A stretch of DNA of 64,000 nt, taken from assembly GCA_044221725.1 (NCBI GenBank), contig JBGAON010000003.1, positions 480,001 to 544,000 on the forward strand, written 5' to 3'. This stretch comes from Elusimicrobiota bacterium. GTDB taxonomy: Bacteria > Elusimicrobiota > Elusimicrobia > F11. The position numbers and the translations under genes were made by a program. The notes under the pieces were generated by a model, which searched no databases, was not told the DNA's origin, and was given only the letters and a program-made list of their open reading frames with translations. This document shows, one piece after another, positions 53,580 to 63,306 of the stretch. Position 1 is the stretch's first letter, and each line of letters begins with the position of its first letter.

Positions 53580-54508
53580 TTTTCCCCTTCAATTTTTAAA
53601 TAAAGATTTTGCAAAACGAGTTTCGGTGGCACGTGTCGATCAATCTGTTGCCGTGCGGCCAGCATGGCTTCCAATCTTTTTGTTTGCGACACGTCGCCGG
53701 ATGACAGCTTTTTTTGTGCTGCTTCAATCAAATGAATCACGGCCAGTTCCGCGTTTTTGCGGCCCTCTTTTCTCCAGTTGGTTGTCGCTAGCATCTCAAA
53801 AAATTCGTCCAGCGTATAATCCGAAAGATCCGCGAATTTTTCCGAATCATCGTTTTTTATTTGGACCGCTTTCTGGAACGATCCGGCCGAGCGTTCCGCA
53901 AAATCAAACGCGTTGGATTCGGATACCGCGTGCTCATTTTCGAGCCACTCAGCGAGAACTTTCACCGGAAGCGGGCGAAAACGAAGCACCGCGCAGCGCG
54001 ACAGCACGGTGGCCGGCAGAGCGTGCTCATCGTTGGCAATCAAAACAATTTGAGCATGATGCGGCGGTTCTTCCAGAAGCTTGAGAAGTGCATTCGCCGA
54101 CTCGTTCGTGAGACGGTGAGCTTCATCAATGATCACGATACGTCGATGACTCTCAAACGGTTTCAGATTTAAAAATCTATCAATGTGCCGAACCGTTTCG
54201 ATTTTTATCGCTGTCTGAGCTTCCGGCTTTTCCCGAATTAACAATGCTTGCGCGATCCGGTCAACGAACAAAACATCGGCATGATTGTTTTCGGCCACTT
54301 TCTTGCAGGCGGCACAACCGTCGCACCGACGAAGGCCGGCGTCATCCACGCGAGGATTTAAGCACGTGAAACATTTGGCCAATTCCAACGCGCAGCTGCG
54401 TTTCCCGATTCCGTCGATGCCGACGAAAAGCAGGCTGGGGCTCAAGCGGTCGCGCTTAATGCCTTCCGTTAAGTAATGAAGGACGTGCGGCTGCCCCAAT
54501 ATTTCCAC
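53576..54508 (-). CDS. holB: DNA polymerase III delta' subunit
   Basis: GIDGIGK, zinc-module Cys cluster, IIDEAH, ANALLKLLEEPP, TVLSRC; tmk-holB-metG synteny. Confidence 0.9.
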   Translation of the reverse strand: MEILGQPHVLHYLTEGIKRDRLSPSLLFVGIDGIGKRSCALELAKCFTCLNPRVDDAGLRRCDGCAACKKVAENNHADVLFVDRIAQALLIREKPEAQTAIKIETVRHIDRFLNLKPFESHRRIVIIDEAHRLTNESANALLKLLEEPPHHAQIVLIANDEHALPATVLSRCAVLRFRPLPVKVLAEWLENEHAVSESNAFDFAERSAGSFQKAVQIKNDDSEKFADLSDYTLDEFFEMLATTNWRKEGRKNAELAVIHLIEAAQKKLSSGDVSQTKRLEAMLAARQQIDRHVPPKLVLQNLYLKIEGEK

Positions 54509-55127
54509 GTAGACTCCTTGAAATAATTTCTCGTATGCGCCGCTGCGTTTGTTCTATTGATTCTTGCACGGCCACAACCTTCACGCGGCGAGGCTCTTTT
54601 TTTGCGACGGCCAAATACCCGAGCCGAACTTTTTTCTGAAATTCGACGCCTTCGTTTTCGAGCCGATCGGTGAACGATTTTACTTTCTTCGCCCGGGCCA
54701 ATCCGCGGGCCGGCGGAAGGTCAAGAAGAATGGTTAGCTGCGGTGTTAGGCCATTTGTTGCAATTTTGTTGAGCAGCGTTGCTTTTTGACCCAAGCCGCG
54801 TGCGTAACCTTGATAAGCTTCGGTCGCGTCGGTGAAGCGATCGCATAACACGACCTTTTTTTGCTCGAGAGCGGGTTCGATTATCTTTTTAATATGCTCG
54901 ACGCGCGCGGCTTGATACAGCATCAATTCCGTGACGTTTTCCATTTGAATGTTCGGATCCAGTAGCAACGCACGGATGCGCTCCGAAACGGCTCCGCCGC
55001 CTGGTTCCCGGGTGGTAATTACATCGTAACCGGCATTCGATAACCATTCGGCGGTGAGTTTAAGCTGCGTCGATTTTCCGACCCCGTCGGTCCCTTCGAA
55101 CGTAATAAAAAATCCCTTTTTGATCAT
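54456..55127 (-). CDS. tmk: Thymidylate kinase
   Basis: FITFEGTDGVGKST, TREPGG, LCDRF, AYQG. Confidence 0.96.
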   Translation of the reverse strand: MIKKGFFITFEGTDGVGKSTQLKLTAEWLSNAGYDVITTREPGGGAVSERIRALLLDPNIQMENVTELMLYQAARVEHIKKIIEPALEQKKVVLCDRFTDATEAYQGYARGLGQKATLLNKIATNGLTPQLTILLDLPPARGLARAKKVKSFTDRLENEGVEFQKKVRLGYLAVAKKEPRRVKVVAVQESIEQTQRRIREIISRSLRGNIGAAARPSLLNGRH

Positions 55128-55177
55128 AGACGAATGGTATCAAAAAGGTGCAATCAGGCCGGTTCAAGAGAAACAAG

Positions 55178-56461
55178 CTACCAGGTGGTACGAATTTCGT
55201 CCCAAGAAGCACGGCTAATTGTGGCGCTTTGGTACAAAATGTTGTTCCCGACGGCGCTGTCGTAATAGACAGTGGTCGTATTAACGGTGAGAGAACCGTT
55301 TACAAACAAGGCGCCCACTATAATGGAGTTTCCTCCCGCGTTTTGGAGATCGCCTCCCGTGTAAAGAAATCCGTGCATTCCACAATTGGCGATCGAATAT
55401 GTTCCGCCGTTCGTCCAACCTTTTGAAGTCCAGTATGTGGTTCCCGCCGTACTGTATTGGTATTCGTTTTGCGCCGTTGCGGGAACCGTGGCAACGAACG
55501 TTGTGTTCTTGGCGTTGAAATCCACATCTCCGACAGCCACGAGCGCCCGGACATTGAGCCATGAATTGTTTGGGAAAGAGGTAACCGCTCCTTCGGTGAA
55601 GATGACACAGGTTGCGCAGGTCAGCGTGTAATTCCCGCCGCCCGACGCCACGTCAATTTTAACGTTAACCGCCCCAGAAGAAGGATTCGTGCGGTAATAA
55701 CCCGAGTCGCATCCATTGGGACCAAGTGCGTGTTCAGCGGCGCCACTTCCCGAGCCTTTGCGTAGCGGCGGGACACAACTGTTCAATGCAAGAGCTCGAT
55801 AGGAATTCAAGTCGATTGTGGGAGCCGTTCCCAGGTTGTAATACGATGCATAATCGTAGGTGCTCCAGTTATCGCCGGGCATCGCTCCGTTCGGAGATGT
55901 TGGATCGGTATCGTATCCGCTTATTCCACCAGCCGAATATTTTCTTGGATAACGATTGGCGGGCGTGCTTGTAATTGAATTGTAAGCAACCACCGGTCCC
56001 CACTCAACATTCAAGTTCGGTTTCCAGTTAAGGCCTCCGACGACGGACAACGCCCCTGCTACCGTGCCTTTCGAATAGATTCCTCGGATCGCGCGCACAT
56101 CCGTGGTGTTGGTGGTAAGTCCTTTCGATGTTACCGTCACTTGTCCGGACAACGGGCCCGCCGTGAACAGAATTTTGTATTGGCCGCCGTCGACATCGGT
56201 GTAAGTGACGTCGTTGTTGTAACCACTGATGGCGGTGCCGGCAATAGCCTGAGACCAAATTGTGTCCGATTCCCGAAGTTTCCAGGCACCGCGGTCTTGT
56301 CCAGCTTCGGCCAGTTGGAACGCTGTTGTTTTTTTTGCGTTCCCCTGCGCATCTTTCGAATCTTTTTGCATCAGTTTGATTAGCGTGGGAACCAAAATCG
56401 CGAGCAACGTTAAAGCGAGGACAATTGTGGCAAGCGCAAAACCATTCCGCTTTTTCATCAT
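55178..56461 (-). CDS. PilX/GspK-like minor pilin (427 aa)
   Basis: KKRNG|FALATIVL prepilin-like N-terminus lacking Glu5; AFQLAEAG motif; ends SWDEI; third gene of the pilin run. Confidence 0.75.
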   Translation of the reverse strand: MMKKRNGFALATIVLALTLLAILVPTLIKLMQKDSKDAQGNAKKTTAFQLAEAGQDRGAWKLRESDTIWSQAIAGTAISGYNNDVTYTDVDGGQYKILFTAGPLSGQVTVTSKGLTTNTTDVRAIRGIYSKGTVAGALSVVGGLNWKPNLNVEWGPVVAYNSITSTPANRYPRKYSAGGISGYDTDPTSPNGAMPGDNWSTYDYASYYNLGTAPTIDLNSYRALALNSCVPPLRKGSGSGAAEHALGPNGCDSGYYRTNPSSGAVNVKIDVASGGGNYTLTCATCVIFTEGAVTSFPNNSWLNVRALVAVGDVDFNAKNTTFVATVPATAQNEYQYSTAGTTYWTSKGWTNGGTYSIANCGMHGFLYTGGDLQNAGGNSIIVGALFVNGSLTVNTTTVYYDSAVGNNILYQSATISRASWDEIRTTW

Positions 56462-56958
56462 TAGTTCATGATCCTCACTTTTTCTATGGCCATTTGCAGA
56501 GTTTTTGTTCCACCCTGGTAGGTCGAACCTTCGTACGTGACGGATACCGAAAGAATGGACGCGTCATCGGTACGAGGGTAATTGAATGCAATAAACGAGA
56601 GCCCCGACGCCACGGCTTTCGTGCTGCCGCCTACCACATAATAAAGCGATTTGTTCGATTGAAAGTACTTGATGTTGCGGCCATCGACGGTTGAGAACGA
56701 AATGCTTGATGTTGGGGGTTGCCCAGATTCTTGCGAGATGTTAATGGAAGACGCATACGCCTGGCGCAAACTCTGATTGATTTGCGAAAGAGAATCGCGC
56801 GCAGCTCGTTGTGTTTCGATTCGAGCGTTGTTCACTCTAAAGAAGCGCGTAATGTTAATCAACAAATTCGGAACGACCATGCCAAGAATGCCAATGATGG
56901 CCACCGCAATCATCAGTTCGACCAACGTGACACCTTTTTGTTGAGATCGTGTTACCAT
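56461..56958 (-). CDS. Type IV minor pilin (PilW/GspJ-like)
   Basis: QQKG|VTLVELMIAVAIIG prepilin cleavage/methylation motif. Start ATG 56958 (the track start at 57054 is upstream). Confidence 0.85.
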   Translation of the reverse strand: MVTRSQQKGVTLVELMIAVAIIGILGMVVPNLLINITRFFRVNNARIETQRAARDSLSQINQSLRQAYASSINISQESGQPPTSSISFSTVDGRNIKYFQSNKSLYYVVGGSTKAVASGLSFIAFNYPRTDDASILSVSVTYEGSTYQGGTKTLQMAIEKVRIMN

Positions 56959-58873
56959 GTGAGTGCCACCGTCGCGGAGCCGCCGGCTGCGATGGTCGCG
57001 GAACTGCTCACCTTTGTTGTTGTCGGGGTGTTCCCCGCGTATGTCGTGTACCATGCGTACAAATTGTAAGTGCCGGCTCGTACGGAAACGCGGTAATTCC
57101 CATCGCCATCGCTTGAATCCGAATAATAAATGACAGATCCGGAGCGAAGCGATGAGTCAAACGCAGGTGGATTGGAATCGATTGTGGTAGGACTTGCGAC
57201 CGCCACAATGAGCACGCCTGTTGTAATTGGAACGGTTCCTTTTTTTACGGTTCCGGAAATCGTTCCAAAGGCATTTGATACCGTAATAGTCCCAGCGAAC
57301 ACCGTCGAGTTTGCAACGACAGTTTTCGTGAAGCTCAGTGGGCTCGGCGTTTCTCCGGTTTCAAGCTGCGGTGATAGAACATACGAACCAACTGGCAAAT
57401 CCGAGAAATTGAAATAGCCCTGGGAATCGGTGATCGCGGTGCCGAATTGTTCGCCGTTGATCGTGGATGTCGCGATGATCGGCACGCCGGGGAGCGCGTC
57501 CGTACCATTGGTTGTGACCCAGCCCCTAATTTTTCCCCCTTGGTAGAGAACAATATCTGGTACGTCGGTGGCAATGCCTGCGTTTACGACCACCCCCGAA
57601 GCACTTTCCATCGTGTACTGAGAGATCGCATTCGCTGAGTTGGCGACAATCGTGTAGGTTCCGATGGCGAGGGACATTCGATAATAACCGTTTGTGTCTG
57701 TCGTATCATTTCCACCCGAGGTTGTGATCGGTATGAGATTGATGGGGACGTTGCCGCTTGTGACAACTCTTCCGCTCGCGTATCCAAAAGTGGTTGACGA
57801 AATTATAAGTATGTTTCCGAGTGAAGTGGTGGCGGCATTGGTAACGCTGATTGCACTTTCTCTCGAATAGGACCATCCATTGGTTGAAATCAAAATCGAC
57901 CAGGTTCCGGTTGCCACGGACGGCACGGCAAATCCGCCGGTCGATGTCGCCACGCGGGAAGAAGACAATCCATCATCCATAAAAACAAGCGCACCGGCCG
58001 CTGGAGTTCCGCTTTGCGGAAGCTCCGAAATCGATGTGTTTTGTGGCGTGGCATTTAACGCGTTGTTGTGAAAAACCCAGTCCGAGGAATTGTCGTTGGA
58101 ATCGTAACCATTGCCTTTTGTGATGTCAGCGCCGCCTGGCAGCGACATTGTGGTTTCCGTTGATCCCGGAAGAGCTTTGCGCTCCACAGTTTGGTTCGTG
58201 TCCAACCCATCAATTCCAGCGCCAAGATTTAGTCCATTTCCTTCAACAATCGTAGCGGGTCCATAGGGAGCACTTCCGTTTCTACCCCACCCGATCGCAT
58301 CGACCTTGGTGCTCGCCGTTTCATAAACACCGTTCGACACAATTTCGATTCCACCGGATTCGGATTGAGGAATCCGATTTGTGGGTGAGTTGTAATACGC
58401 ATCCGCGGACACACCATTGATCGTTGGATAGCTGGCTAACATGTAGTACTTGTGCGGATACAAGGTGTTGTTCACAAAAGATGTTTGCGTCGTGTTATTG
58501 AGTTGCGTGACCGCGTTGTTTGACGCTTTCACGTAACTAATGTCGTAAGCCCCCAGCATCGTGAAAGTGGATTCGGTCGGATTGTAGATATCCACGTATT
58601 CTTTCGTATCGTCGCCACCCACGGAAGCGCATACATGCGCAAGCACAAGATGATTGAGAACATAAGCGGTCCCCGAAACGGTTCCAGATCCCATCGCCAC
58701 GAGAGGAAAGTTAACCGTCTGCGTCGCGCCCGAAGCAACGGTGGAAGTTTGCACACCGGAAAAATATCCTGGTTTCGTCGCGCGCAGTTGGTACACACCG
58801 GACGTCACACTGATGCTGTAGTTTCCGGCGGAATTTGTGTTCGCTCGCCACAGTGGATTTTGCAACGTTACCA
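56952..58873 (-). pseudogene. 3' fragment of IS-interrupted PilV-like pilin-adhesin (carboxypeptidase-regulatory-like repeats plus lamin-tail-like domain)
   Basis: Open frame from the TSD to the stop at 56952; TNSAGNYSI, TDTNGYY, TDSQGYF, SDGDGNY repeats; HLVLAHV...EYVDIYNP (LTD-like). Joins in frame to 60292..60873. Confidence 0.85.
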
Positions 58874-60291
58874 GGCCCCGTCCCGCCTGATGTAGAAAAA
58901 TAAAAAAGCGTATGCTCCGTGATGGGTAAATCACTGCCTGTGAAGGCAAAAGGAGACATACGCTTATGAAGGATTGTAACCGATGCACGGCGGAGAAGAA
59001 AGCGGGATTGTTGGCCGGGAAAGACGCGTTGGAGGAAGCCATCCAACGAGACGTTCGAGAAAAGATTGAGCGCGTGCTTCAAGAGGAAGTCGATGCTTGT
59101 TTGGGTGCCGGGGCCTACGAACGGGTGACAGCACGAATGGGCTACCGCCACGGGACGAAGGAGCGCGACATCAGCACGTCGGCGGGGCGGTACAAGTTGA
59201 ACGTGCCGCGAGCGCGTTTATTCGACGAGAACGGCGGCGAGGAGGAGTGGCATTCGCACATTCTTCCGCGCTACGCCAAGCGGTCGAAATCGATTGACCG
59301 CGCTCTGATCGGAATGTATCTGGGCGGTGTGAACACGCGGCGAGTCAAAGCGGTGCTCAGGCCGCTGTTGCGTGGGACGCCGTTATCGAAGAGCGCGATC
59401 AGCCGTTTGGTGAGCCGGTTAACGTCGGCGTTCAAGGAATGGCAGAAGCGACCGTTGGCAGCGTGGAAATTCCAGTACGCGTATCTGGACGCGATCTACG
59501 TGAAGAGCCGGTTTAATGGGCGGGTAAGTTCGGTGCCGATCCTAGCCGTGATTGGTGTGAGCGCTCGAGGTGAGAAAGTGTTGCTCTCGTTGTCGGCCAA
59601 AGGATCGGAAAGTTCGGAAGCGTGGCAAGGCGTGCTGGACGATCTGGCGATGCGGGGACTGAAGAAACCAAAGCTGGTCATTATCGACGGTGGTCAAGGA
59701 TTGAGAACCGCCGTCGAGCATGTTTGGCGGTCGGCGGACGTGCAACGATGCGCGGTGCACAAACTGCGCAATCTGCTCAGCCACGCGCCGAAGCAGGCGC
59801 ACGACGAGATTCGCGACGACTTTCACGCGATCGTTTACGCGGAAGACTTCGATAAAGCAGGAACCGCGTACGACACGATGGTGAAGAAGTGGCGCAAGCA
59901 GGGGGCGGCGGTGGCGGAAAGCCTGGAAGAAGCAGGAAAGGAGTTGTTGACGTTCTTCCGCTACCCGCAAAGCCAATGGAAGGCGCTCCGGACAACCAAC
60001 ACCATCGAGCGGCTGAATCTGGAATTCCGTCGTCGGGTCAAGACGCAGGCTTCATTTCCGACGCAGGAGGCCGCCTTGATCTTGATGTTTGGGTTGGTGG
60101 CTGGTGGGATCGTGAAAATGCGCCGTATCGACGGAGCTGAAGACATGTTTCAATCGGCTTCTCCGATGCGGCCAAATCCGGAGGCCATGGTGGTTGAAAA
60201 AAAAGAAATGTTAATGGCGGCTTGATCGACTAAAATGCAGCAACCCATCCGTCGAGTATTACGCTATTTCTACACAGGCAGGGACGCGGCC
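58874..60291 (+). mobile_element. IS256-family insertion sequence (1418 bp) with imperfect terminal inverted repeats and 8-bp TSD
   Basis: Left end GGCCCCGTCCCGCCTGATGTAGAAA; right end reverse-complement GGCCGCGTCCCTGCCTGTGTAGAAA; CGTTACCA duplicated at 58866..58873 and 60292..60299. Confidence 0.95.
58966..60225 (+). CDS. IS256-family DDE transposase
   Basis: YRHG, VPRAR, MYLGGVNTR, YLDAIY, IIDG..GL, QRCAVHKLRN, RTTNTIERLN.EFRRR. Confidence 0.96.
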   Translation: MKDCNRCTAEKKAGLLAGKDALEEAIQRDVREKIERVLQEEVDACLGAGAYERVTARMGYRHGTKERDISTSAGRYKLNVPRARLFDENGGEEEWHSHILPRYAKRSKSIDRALIGMYLGGVNTRRVKAVLRPLLRGTPLSKSAISRLVSRLTSAFKEWQKRPLAAWKFQYAYLDAIYVKSRFNGRVSSVPILAVIGVSARGEKVLLSLSAKGSESSEAWQGVLDDLAMRGLKKPKLVIIDGGQGLRTAVEHVWRSADVQRCAVHKLRNLLSHAPKQAHDEIRDDFHAIVYAEDFDKAGTAYDTMVKKWRKQGAAVAESLEEAGKELLTFFRYPQSQWKALRTTNTIERLNLEFRRRVKTQASFPTQEAALILMFGLVAGGIVKMRRIDGAEDMFQSASPMRPNPEAMVVEKKEMLMAA

Positions 60292-60873
60292 CGTTACCAC
60301 CGTAACATTTTGAATCGGCGTGCCGCCGCCGGACAGCGTTGCACTGCCACTGAACGTCGAGTCGATTTTTAGTCTGTTCGGATTGTCTCTGAGATTCGTA
60401 ACGGACACTTTTTTCCACGCCGTGCCTTCTTGCCAAATCACGTATGAGGTGATGAGTTTCAGTCCGGTGTCCGCGTCCCACCAATCGTTTGTGCTGAGCG
60501 TGCCGGTGCTCTCGGTAACTTTCTGAACGAGCACGCGGCGCTTAAAACGGATTTGGCCGACGGTCAATGTCTCTTCGGTGTAATAGCCGGAGTCGTAACT
60601 AAAACTTCCCAAACCCGTTTCGCTTGCGGTAACGGCGGCCGTTGTGGCCAGCAGTCGGTAATAAGAAAGGTTTTTCAGCGTTTCGATTTTCTCTTGGGCG
60701 AGGTTTACCGCGAGCGTACGCGTTTTCGAAACTTTCACCGCCTTGGTAACACTGCCCATGACCCCAACGAATGAGAGAACACCGATCGTGAGAATCACCA
60801 TGCCGATCACAATTTCCAAAAGTGTCAAACCGGCAGCGCATTTAAATTTCGGGCCCATCATTAATAGAAGCAT
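60292..60873 (-). pseudogene. 5' fragment of IS-interrupted PilV-like pilin-adhesin
   Basis: AAG|LTLLEIVIGMVILTIG prepilin motif; AVNLAQEKIETLKN PilV-like helix; frame runs into the IS end and stops at 60259. Confidence 0.87.
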
Positions 60874-60977
60874 GGCCGATGATTCATCCGAGATCCATGG
60901 GAAATGAAAGAATCCCTGTGACTTTTATCTCAAAATAATTAAAAAACATTGCAAAAGATTAGAAATCGATAAAGCTT

Positions 60978-61598
60978 TTGATGGAGAATCTGGGGGTGAA
61001 TATGGCAGAAGAATCAGCCGGAAATCGTAGCGTTAGCCGAATACTGGGCCAGTACATCGTCAAGTATGGCTTCCAATTTAAATTTAGTCTGATTTTCCTT
61101 GGAATTATTGGCGCGGCTTGTTTTCTCATTTGGATGGAAGGTTCCATGGCCATTGAACGAATGCTGGCCTCGGGCGCGGTAACCAACGAAGATGTCATTG
61201 CCCAATTGCGGCTCATCAGCACGATCATGGGAAAGACATCCCTGCTCGTCGGCGCGGTCGCGTTTGGCTTGGCGCTCATTCTCTCGCATTACATTGCGGG
61301 ACCCGTCTATCGGTTTGAAAAAACGTTTGAAGAAATGCGCAATGGAAACTTAGGAATGTACGTGCGTCTGCGCAAAAAAGACGCGTTTCACGAAACGGCG
61401 GATTTGTTTAATCAAGCATTAACAAGTCTGAGAAACAAACTGCAGAAAGAACGTGAAACGAATGTGGCGGCGCTCCATCAGAGCGCGCAAATTCTCGCGG
61501 ACAGCGGCCAAGCGAAAGAATCCGAAATCATTCGAAAATTGGCTGATGAAATGCAGAAAAACCCGGTCTTCATAAAGCTTTCCCCTCCTCAAAAATAA
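60978..61598 (+). CDS. Two-TM HAMP-domain membrane protein without catalytic domain
   Basis: Two hydrophobic segments, then SHYIAGPVYRF...MRNGNL...LRKKDAFHETADLFNQ (HAMP), short coiled tail. Confidence 0.75.
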   Translation: MMENLGVNMAEESAGNRSVSRILGQYIVKYGFQFKFSLIFLGIIGAACFLIWMEGSMAIERMLASGAVTNEDVIAQLRLISTIMGKTSLLVGAVAFGLALILSHYIAGPVYRFEKTFEEMRNGNLGMYVRLRKKDAFHETADLFNQALTSLRNKLQKERETNVAALHQSAQILADSGQAKESEIIRKLADEMQKNPVFIKLSPPQK

Positions 61599-61634
61599 AA
61601 AACCCTCAACCGCCGAAGCGATCGAGGGTTTTTT
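61597..61634. terminator. Bidirectional intrinsic terminator
   Basis: AAAAAACCCTC-aac-CGC-cgaa-GCG-atc-GAGGGTTTTTT between convergent genes. Confidence 0.8.
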
Positions 61635-61654
61635 AAAACGTCAATTCGTGAAAT

Positions 61655-61876
61655 TTATCGGCGGACCATTTTGGCGCGTGAAACGTCGCCTTGTTTGTCC
61701 AAGAAATACAAAAATCCTTTCTCTTTTTTCAGCCCCAACTTTGTTACTTTCTGTGGCTTGCCACCTTTCTTTCCGCCTCGTGCCATTTTCGCGCGAGAGA
61801 TGTCGCCTTGCTTATCGATGAAATACAGGAAACCGTCTTCCCGTTTTACGCCGGCTTTCGCCACTTTTTGAGCCAT
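61655..61876 (-). CDS. Small basic protein made of two ~30-aa internal repeats
   Basis: QKVAKAGVKREDGFLYFIDKQGDISRAKMAR / QKVTKLGLKKEKGFLYFLDKQGDVSRAKMVR; strong AAGGAGGT RBS; own terminator. Confidence 0.85.
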   Translation of the reverse strand: MAQKVAKAGVKREDGFLYFIDKQGDISRAKMARGGKKGGKPQKVTKLGLKKEKGFLYFLDKQGDVSRAKMVRR

Positions 61877-62020
61877 GAGTTAGGACCTCCTTGGATTTTT
61901 GCGTCGATACAAATTGTTTTGCGACGGTAGAGTACATGAGCACAAAATTCAAGTCAAGGAAAAACTAATTTTTTATCGACGAGGATAAGTCGAAGCTCCG
62001 TCGAGTGCTATGATTCGGAA

Positions 62021-62563
62021 ATGAAAACGTTTGTGGCGATCGGCGCAAATCTTGGAGCCCGGCGCGCGACACTGTCGCGCGCCGTCGGAATGCTCGGATG
62101 CCTTCCGAAGACGAACGTTGAAAAAGTTTCTCCTCTCTATGAAACGGAGCCGGTCGGTGGTCCCCGGCAACCCGCGTATCTAAACAGTGTCGTTCAAATC
62201 CACACGGGCCTTGCCCCGCTTCTCTTGATGCGCAAATTGTTGTCGATTGAAAAAAAACTGGGGCGTGTGCGCCGCGTAAAATGGGGGCCGCGTGCAATAG
62301 ATCTTGATCTGTTGGCGTACGGCGAAAAAGTGTTCGCGTCGCGACGATTGGTGGTTCCTCACCCGCGTTATCACGAACGCCGTTTCGTTCTTGTTCCTTT
62401 TTGTCGCGTCGCGCCCGAATTCGTTCATCCGGTGCTCCGGCTGTCGAACAGAAAACTGCTCGCAAAATTGACGGTCCGGGGGCAAAGAGTTACGATCGCG
62501 GCCCAGTGGAACGGAACACGATTCTCTCCCTCCAAGAAAAGAAAAAGAAAAAAATCCCTATAG
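62021..62563 (+). CDS. folK: 2-amino-4-hydroxy-6-hydroxymethyldihydropteridine diphosphokinase
   Basis: AIGANLG, SPLYETEPVG, YLNSV, KWGPRAIDLDLL, VPHPR..ERRFVLVP. Confidence 0.94.
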   Translation: MKTFVAIGANLGARRATLSRAVGMLGCLPKTNVEKVSPLYETEPVGGPRQPAYLNSVVQIHTGLAPLLLMRKLLSIEKKLGRVRRVKWGPRAIDLDLLAYGEKVFASRRLVVPHPRYHERRFVLVPFCRVAPEFVHPVLRLSNRKLLAKLTVRGQRVTIAAQWNGTRFSPSKKRKRKKSL

Positions 62564-63306
62564 TCGCGCTGACTTGTTACGACGCAGCTTCCGCGCGTCT
62601 CATCGATCAAATGGGCGTGGACGTTGCGCTCGTTGGTGATTCGCTGGCCAACACACGGCTGGGTTATCCGAACACGCTGCCGGTCTCCATCGATGAAATG
62701 GTCCATCACACAAAAGCAGCAGCGCGCGGCGTGCAGCATTCTTTTCTTGTGGCCGATATGCCGTTTCAATCGTACGAAGCTGCGCCCTGGCAAGCATCGG
62801 TGGCGGCCGGACGTTTCATAAAAGAGGGCGGGGCGCAAGCCGTGAAAGTCGAAGGCGGGCAACGTGTGGGGCCCTCGATCGAAGCGATTCTCCGCGCCAA
62901 TATCCCTGTTATGGGGCATCTTGGACTCACGCCCCAATCGGTGCACCCCCAAAGTGGGTATCGGGTACAGGGCCGGGGCGCCCGGGAAGCCGCTAATATA
63001 ATAGGAGCTGCGAAATATCTGGAGAAAATCGGGGTTTTCGCGCTCGTTTTAGAAGGAATTCCCGCGGAATTGGGTCGAAAAATAACCAAAATCCTTAAGA
63101 TTCCCACCATCGGGATTGGGGCCGGTTCCGATTGTGATGGGCAGATTCTTGTTTTTGATGATGTGGTGGGACTTTCAGAGGGTCCGGGTCCGAAGTTCGT
63201 GAAGGCCTATGGCAACGCGCGCGCGGTCATGCGCCGTGCAATAAAACACTACGCGGACGATGTTCGCGAGAAGCGCTTCCCCACCGACCGGCACTCTTAC
63301 CATTGA
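62506..63306 (+). CDS. panB: 3-methyl-2-oxobutanoate hydroxymethyltransferase
   Basis: LTCYD, LVGDSL, VADMPF, AVKVEGG, MGHLGLTPQS, IGIGAG..CDGQILV. Likely GTG start at 62506. Confidence 0.95.
   Translation: MERNTILSLQEKKKKKIPIVALTCYDAASARLIDQMGVDVALVGDSLANTRLGYPNTLPVSIDEMVHHTKAAARGVQHSFLVADMPFQSYEAAPWQASVAAGRFIKEGGAQAVKVEGGQRVGPSIEAILRANIPVMGHLGLTPQSVHPQSGYRVQGRGAREAANIIGAAKYLEKIGVFALVLEGIPAELGRKITKILKIPTIGIGAGSDCDGQILVFDDVVGLSEGPGPKFVKAYGNARAVMRRAIKHYADDVREKRFPTDRHSYH

Noticed and set aside
58874..59042. Track ORF 56952..59042 starting MASSNASF as an intact 696-aa gene
   Set aside because: Its first ~56 codons are antisense IS256 sequence; the true N-terminus is at 60292..60873.
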